Assembly: GCA_035253825.1 (NCBI GenBank)
Contig: DATFBM010000044.1
Span: forward strand, 3,246-67,245
DNA: 64,000 nt
Reading direction: 5' to 3'
DNA from: Acidimicrobiia bacterium
GTDB taxonomy: Bacteria > Actinomycetota > Acidimicrobiia > Spongiisociales > ZC4RG35
The notes below the pieces were generated by a model that did no database searches, was not told where the DNA came from, and worked only from the letters and a program-made list of their open reading frames with translations. Shown piece after piece: positions 59,623 to 64,000 of the stretch. How positions within the stretch are numbered: position 1 is the stretch's first letter; each line of letters opens with the position of its first letter. The position numbers and the translations under genes were made by a program.

Positions 59623-60977
59623 TCGCCTACCATCCGCGATACGGCTTCGGCGACTTTGGCGCGGGGTACGAATTCCTGGCTCTGCCGGGAGAGGATGCGG
59701 ACCAGGACCTCACCCTTTGCCCGCTCCTCGGGCCCAGCCAGGACAACTACCTCGATGCCGCTCCGATCGGCGTATTTCAGCTGTGAGCCGAGCTTGCGGG
59801 GTTCAAGGGAGGATTCGGTGTTGATCCCACCCCCCCGGAGGTCAGCAGCAATCTGTAGCGCCGCCTCGAGGCCTTCGTCGTCGAGCAGGGCGACCAGCGC
59901 CTTGACCGGGCTTTTGGGGGCCGGAAGGATGCCAGCTGATCGTAGCTGCCAAAAGAGCCGGGAAAGACCGATGGAGATCCCCACCCCCGGCAGCTTGCGA
60001 TCGGTGTAATGACCGGCGAGGTCGTCGTAACGACCGCCCGAGCAAATGCTGCCCAGTTCCGGGTGAGCCTCGAGAGTGGTTTCGTAGACGGTCCCTGTGT
60101 AGTAGTCGAGGCCGCGGGCGATTCCGAGATCGATGCCAAACCGATGGGAGGGAACCCCCAGCTGCCCCAGCAGTGACAGCACCTCTCGTACCTCTCTGAC
60201 TCCCGGCTCGAGAGCGGGCGCGCTCGCTCTCAACTCGTCGAGCACGGCGAGACCCCCTTCTCCGGTCACCACTCCGCGCCCCGCTAAGTCGGTCAGTCGC
60301 CGGGCGCTCTCCTCCGACGCCCCTTGCTGGCGAAGCGCGGCAATTACCTCATCCGGTCCCCGCCGCGAAAGCTTGTCGAGCTCGCGCATCATTTGTTCGC
60401 CCGATTCCATATCGAGGCTGGTCATCAAGCCAGCCAGCAGCTTTCGGTTGCTGATCCCGATCGTGAATTCCCCGATGTCCAGGTTGCCGAACACGGTGTT
60501 GATCACCGCTGGAATTTCGGCGTCGTAGCGGAGGCTGAGGGTGTCCTGACCCACGACGTCGATGTCGCACTGATAGAACTCCCGAAACCTTCCTTGCTGA
60601 GGACGTTCGCCGCGGAAGACTGGTTGCATCTGGTAGCGGCGGAAAGGGAACGTCAGCTCGTTCCGGTGCTCGGCTACATAACGAGCCAGGGGCACCGTCA
60701 GATCGAATCGCAGCGCCAGCTCGGGTTCTTCGCCCTGATCCGCTGCTCCACTCGATTGCGCCAGGTACACCTGTCGTTCGGTTTCGCCTCCGGTCTTGCG
60801 CAAAAGCAGCTCGGCCAGCTCCATGGTGGGAGTGGCGATGGGGAGGAAGCCATAGCTTTCGAACCCCTTCCTGATGGCGTCGAGCATGTCCTGGAAGACG
60901 GCCTGATCCATCGGCAAGAGCTCCATCACCCCCGGCATGGTCCGGGGTCGAACGGGCGTGGGTGGAGAAGGGCACAC
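59619..60977 (-). CDS. hisS: histidine--tRNA ligase
   Basis: 452 aa with class II motifs (RYQMQPVFRGERPQQGRFREFYQCD, GGRYD, GVGISIGLSRL) and a C-terminal anticodon-binding domain. GTG start. Confidence 0.9.
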   Translation of the reverse strand: MCPSPPTPVRPRTMPGVMELLPMDQAVFQDMLDAIRKGFESYGFLPIATPTMELAELLLRKTGGETERQVYLAQSSGAADQGEEPELALRFDLTVPLARYVAEHRNELTFPFRRYQMQPVFRGERPQQGRFREFYQCDIDVVGQDTLSLRYDAEIPAVINTVFGNLDIGEFTIGISNRKLLAGLMTSLDMESGEQMMRELDKLSRRGPDEVIAALRQQGASEESARRLTDLAGRGVVTGEGGLAVLDELRASAPALEPGVREVREVLSLLGQLGVPSHRFGIDLGIARGLDYYTGTVYETTLEAHPELGSICSGGRYDDLAGHYTDRKLPGVGISIGLSRLFWQLRSAGILPAPKSPVKALVALLDDEGLEAALQIAADLRGGGINTESSLEPRKLGSQLKYADRSGIEVVVLAGPEERAKGEVLVRILSRQSQEFVPRAKVAEAVSRMVGE

Positions 60978-60997
60978 GATCGGGGAGGTCAGGCTAA

Positions 60998-61642
60998 TTA
61001 GATGCCTTGCAGGAACGGGTTGTGCCTGCGTTCCAACCCGATGGTTGTCTGCGGGCCATGCCCGGGGAGGACCTGAGTTTCGTCGGGGAGGTCAAAGACG
61101 CGGCTCTTCATCGAGGAAAGGAGCGTCTCCCAGTCACCCCCGGGGAGATCTGTCCTCCCCACCGAACGGGCGAACAGTTGATCGCCCGAAAACAGCGTGT
61201 CCTCTTCTTCGAGGTAAAAGCAGCAGTGGCCCGGAGTATGTCCGGGGGTGTGCCGCACCTCGAGGGCGAAGCCCGCCAAAGAAAGCACCTCGGCATCGAT
61301 CAGGTCGGTTCTTATCTCTGGTGGGGCCCAATCACCCGGCGGGCTGGTGCCAAAAAGCCCCTGCAGCTGGCGAGCCGGCTCGAGTGTCAGATAGTCGTCG
61401 TCGGGGTGGATGTAGACAGCCGCTCCGCTTCGACGCTGAAAGGGCCCGGCGCCTCCCATGTGATCGATGTGGCCGTGCGTCAGCAATAGCGCCGCCGGGC
61501 TCAGGTCGTGATCGTTGAGGAGGCGGCCGATGGCTTCGTCGTCGGGAGGAGCGTCGATCACCACTGCCGCTCCGCCCTTTTCCTGAGCCACCACGTAGGT
61601 ATTGGTCTGGGCGACCCAGAGCGGGCGGGAAAGGAGTAGCAC
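60998..61642 (-). CDS. MBL-fold metallo-hydrolase (glyoxalase II-like)
   Basis: 214 aa with THGHIDHMGG (the HxHxDH motif) and later His/Asp ligands (TPGHTPGH, GD). It holds the same position between rel and hisS as the glyoxalase II-like gene of mycobacteria (from memory). Confidence 0.85.
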   Translation of the reverse strand: MLLLSRPLWVAQTNTYVVAQEKGGAAVVIDAPPDDEAIGRLLNDHDLSPAALLLTHGHIDHMGGAGPFQRRSGAAVYIHPDDDYLTLEPARQLQGLFGTSPPGDWAPPEIRTDLIDAEVLSLAGFALEVRHTPGHTPGHCCFYLEEEDTLFSGDQLFARSVGRTDLPGGDWETLLSSMKSRVFDLPDETQVLPGHGPQTTIGLERRHNPFLQGI

Positions 61643-63808
61643 TCAGGCCTCCGGCTCGGTGACGATCCGATAGGAGGCAAACACCCCGTCCACCCCTTTC
61701 AGGTCGGCCAAAAGCCGAGGAAGGGCACCGGGATCGGAGAGTTCGACCTCGTAGCGGAGGATGGCTACGCGGTCCCTTCCGGTCACAGAGGACGAGGCGA
61801 CGATGTTGCCGCCGAGGTCAGAGATGGCCGCGGTGACATCACGCAAGAGGCGTGTGCGGTCGAGAGCTTCGACCTGGATCCACACTGCGAAACTTCCTAC
61901 CCGGTCGGGTGGCCAAGACACCTCCACCAACCGGCTGTCGTTGAGGTCAGCGATATTGGTGCAGGCGGCTTGATGGACCGATACCCCGCGCCCCACGGTG
62001 ATGAACCCAACGATCGGGTCGCCCGGGACCGGAGCACAACAGCGGGCGATGTGGACGAGCATGTCCTCCATCCCTTCGACGATGATTCCGGGCCCGGGGG
62101 CTGAAGTTCGCTTCCGGGGACGGGGCGGGGCGAGAAGGTCCTCCGGCTCCTCATCCGGTCGCACCAGGCGAACCAGGCGATTAACCACCGTGGAGGCCAG
62201 GATCGAACCATCCCCGATGGCAATCAGCAGACCTTCGAGGTCGGTTTTTCCCAGATCGGTGGCGATATCGGTGAGGAACTCGTCGCGGGCGTTGGCGGTA
62301 AGCCCGAGGCCTTCCTTGCGAATGGCCGCTCCCAACAACTCCTTGCCCTCGTTGAGTGCATGCTCTCGCCGTTCGCGGGAGAAAAACGCCTTGATCTTCG
62401 ATTTCGCCCTTGGCGTCCGTACCGAGTTGAGCCAGTCGAGGCTGGGTCCCGCGTCCACTGCCTTGGAGAGAATCACCTCGACGATGTCACCCGACTCGAG
62501 TTTGGTCGAAAGCGGAAGCAGGCGGCCGTTGATCCGAACTCCGACGCATCGGTTGCCCACCTCGGTGTGGACCGCGTAAGCGAAGTCGATCGCCGTGGCG
62601 GAACGAGGCAGGGCTTTTACATCCCCCGCCGGGGTGAGGACGAAGACCTCGTCCCGGTAGAAGTCGAGCTTGAGGTTGGCCAGGAACTCTTCGGGGTCCT
62701 CGGTTTCAAGCAGCGTCCGGATGTCGCCGATCCAAGGGGCGTCGCTAGCCGACGAGCCCTCCTTGTAGCGCCAATGGGCTGCGATCCCTGACTCCGCCAG
62801 CCGGTGCATCTCCTCCGTTCGGATCTGAATCTCGAGTGGTTTGCCATCCGGCCCGATGACGGTGGTGTGAAGGCTCTGATAGAGATTGACCTTGGGCATG
62901 GCGATGAAATCCTTGAACCGGCCCGAGACCGGAACCCACTTCGAATGGACCAGACCCAGTGCCGCGTAGCAATCCCGGAGGTCGTGGGTGATGATCCTGA
63001 TTCCGATGAGGTCGAAGATCTCCTCGAACTCGCGCTGGCTCTCGACCATCTTGCGATAGATCGAATACGGGTGTTTTGGTCGACCGGTGACCTCTGCCGG
63101 GATTCCGGAGTCGCTTAAGGCGGCCTCCAACTCCGAAATCACCTTCTCGATGAAGACCTCTCGCTCCGGCGATCTTTCGTCGAGCTTGGCCTGGACTTCG
63201 GCGTAGATTCCCGGCTCCAAAATGGCAAAACAGCGGTCTTCGAGCTCATGTTTGATCTCTTGAACCCCGAGTCGATGGGCCAAGGGGACGTATACATCGA
63301 GTGTCTCCAGGGCCACTCTCTGCTGCTTTTCGAGTCGCAAGGCAGAGACGGTCCGGATGTTGTGAAGTCGATCGGCCAACTTCATCAGCAGGACCCGGAC
63401 GTCCTGGGCCATGGCCACCACCATCTTGCGGATGGTCGCGGCCTGCGCCTCCTGGGGCGATGAGTACTGGATGCGATCAAGCTTGGTGACGCCGTCGATC
63501 AGCTGGGCCACTTCGGCGCCGAACTGCTTCTCGATCTGGCCCAGGGTGAGGCTGGTGTCCTCAACGGTGTCATGAAGCAGCGAGGCAGCCAATGTCGTCG
63601 AATCCAGTCCGTACTCGGCGAGGATCTCGGTGACAGCGACGGGATGGGTGATGTAGGGGTCTCCCGACTTGCGTACCTGTCCCCGATGGGCCTTCTCCGC
63701 CACTCGATAGGCGGACTCAATCAGCTTGAAGTCGGCCTCGGGAAAGTGGCGCCGGTGGTTCGCCTCGATCGGGCCGAGAGCTGTCTCAGTCGTAGCGGAT
63801 GAGGGCAT
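61643..63808 (-). CDS. rel: bifunctional (p)ppGpp synthetase/hydrolase Rel
   Basis: 721 aa with HD hydrolase (HRGQVRKSGDPYITHPVAV, LHDTVEDT), synthetase (YRKM..., DLIGIRI, SLHTTV), and TGS and ACT regions. The start overlaps the apt 3' end by 23 nt, so it may lie slightly downstream. Confidence 0.95.
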   Translation of the reverse strand: MPSSATTETALGPIEANHRRHFPEADFKLIESAYRVAEKAHRGQVRKSGDPYITHPVAVTEILAEYGLDSTTLAASLLHDTVEDTSLTLGQIEKQFGAEVAQLIDGVTKLDRIQYSSPQEAQAATIRKMVVAMAQDVRVLLMKLADRLHNIRTVSALRLEKQQRVALETLDVYVPLAHRLGVQEIKHELEDRCFAILEPGIYAEVQAKLDERSPEREVFIEKVISELEAALSDSGIPAEVTGRPKHPYSIYRKMVESQREFEEIFDLIGIRIITHDLRDCYAALGLVHSKWVPVSGRFKDFIAMPKVNLYQSLHTTVIGPDGKPLEIQIRTEEMHRLAESGIAAHWRYKEGSSASDAPWIGDIRTLLETEDPEEFLANLKLDFYRDEVFVLTPAGDVKALPRSATAIDFAYAVHTEVGNRCVGVRINGRLLPLSTKLESGDIVEVILSKAVDAGPSLDWLNSVRTPRAKSKIKAFFSRERREHALNEGKELLGAAIRKEGLGLTANARDEFLTDIATDLGKTDLEGLLIAIGDGSILASTVVNRLVRLVRPDEEPEDLLAPPRPRKRTSAPGPGIIVEGMEDMLVHIARCCAPVPGDPIVGFITVGRGVSVHQAACTNIADLNDSRLVEVSWPPDRVGSFAVWIQVEALDRTRLLRDVTAAISDLGGNIVASSSVTGRDRVAILRYEVELSDPGALPRLLADLKGVDGVFASYRIVTEPEA

Positions 63809-64000
63809 GAAAGGGAACTCCGTCGATGGCAGCGCGCCCGTTGAGGAAACCGAGCTCGATGAAGACGGCCAGGCCCACGACCTTGCCCCCCACCCTTTCG
63901 ATGAGGTTGACCGCTGCTGCGGCCGTTCCGCCGGTGGCGATCACATCGTCGACGATGAGTACTTGCTCCCCCGCCCCGATGGCATCGACATGCATCTCCA
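63786..64000 (-). CDS. apt: adenine phosphoribosyltransferase, C-terminal part (gene starts beyond the right edge)
   Basis: VLIVDDVIATGGTAAAAVNLIERVGGKVVGLAVFIELGFLNGR is the PRPP-binding loop and C-terminus of Apt. The frame stays open to the window edge. Confidence 0.85.
   Translation of the reverse strand, partial: EMHVDAIGAGEQVLIVDDVIATGGTAAAAVNLIERVGGKVVGLAVFIELGFLNGRAAIDGVPFHALIRYD

Overview
GC-rich, very gene-dense chromosomal core segment with about 60 protein genes, all but two on the minus strand. It comes from an actinobacterium: it has a MihF-type integration host factor and its gene order matches mycobacterial housekeeping blocks. A streamlined deep-branching lineage such as Acidimicrobiia is my guess only. 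Left to right the window holds:
- a carbamoyltransferase 5' end, then pheT-pheS
- a 3-gene accessory insert (small secreted protein, flavin monooxygenase-like oxidoreductase, LuxR/TPR regulator)
- trmH-family methyltransferase, then rplT-rpmI-infC
- ribH-ribBA-ribE-ribD, a receiver-GGDEF gene, rpe, fmt-def
- priA, metK, coaBC, rpoZ, gmk, mihF
- an MFS / SGNH / MBOAT / (divergent) glycoside-hydrolase-like island
- pyrF-pyrD-carB-carA-pyrC-pyrB-pyrR, nusB-efp
- an alpha/beta hydrolase coupled to a 2799-aa cyclic beta-1,2-glucan synthase-like giant gene, and a divergent deazaflavin-dependent reductase-like gene
- aroB-aroK-aroC, prepilin peptidase, a DUF4388-like protein, aroE-mltG-ruvX-alaS
- a PQQ-type sugar dehydrogenase lipoprotein, rarA, aspS, hisS, an MBL hydrolase, rel, and the 3' end of apt

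I found no rRNA, tRNA, CRISPR array, transposase, integrase or recognisable defence genes. I did not find a convincing new multi-gene system, because most of the window is conserved housekeeping. The observations that the gene list does not explain are:
1. a receiver-GGDEF protein with a GGDDF signature hard-wired into the rpe/riboflavin operon
2. a four-copy palindrome-core repeat array in the rplT-trmH spacer
3. a 5 x 7-nt tandem repeat in the carB-pyrD spacer
4. an intrinsic terminator plus a possible antiterminator directly upstream of an AUC-initiated infC
5. a PyrR-box hairpin that sequesters a Shine-Dalgarno placed for a CTG start of pyrR
6. two more genes whose conserved N-termini are reachable only from CTG codons in CTGA stop/start overlaps
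7. strong enrichment of TANNNT hexamers 6-7 nt upstream of SD-less start codons, suggesting leaderless mRNAs
8. the giant glucan-synthase island, which replaces the usual aroQ-pepQ slot

All functional calls come from reading the translated ORFs against remembered family motifs. No database search was run.
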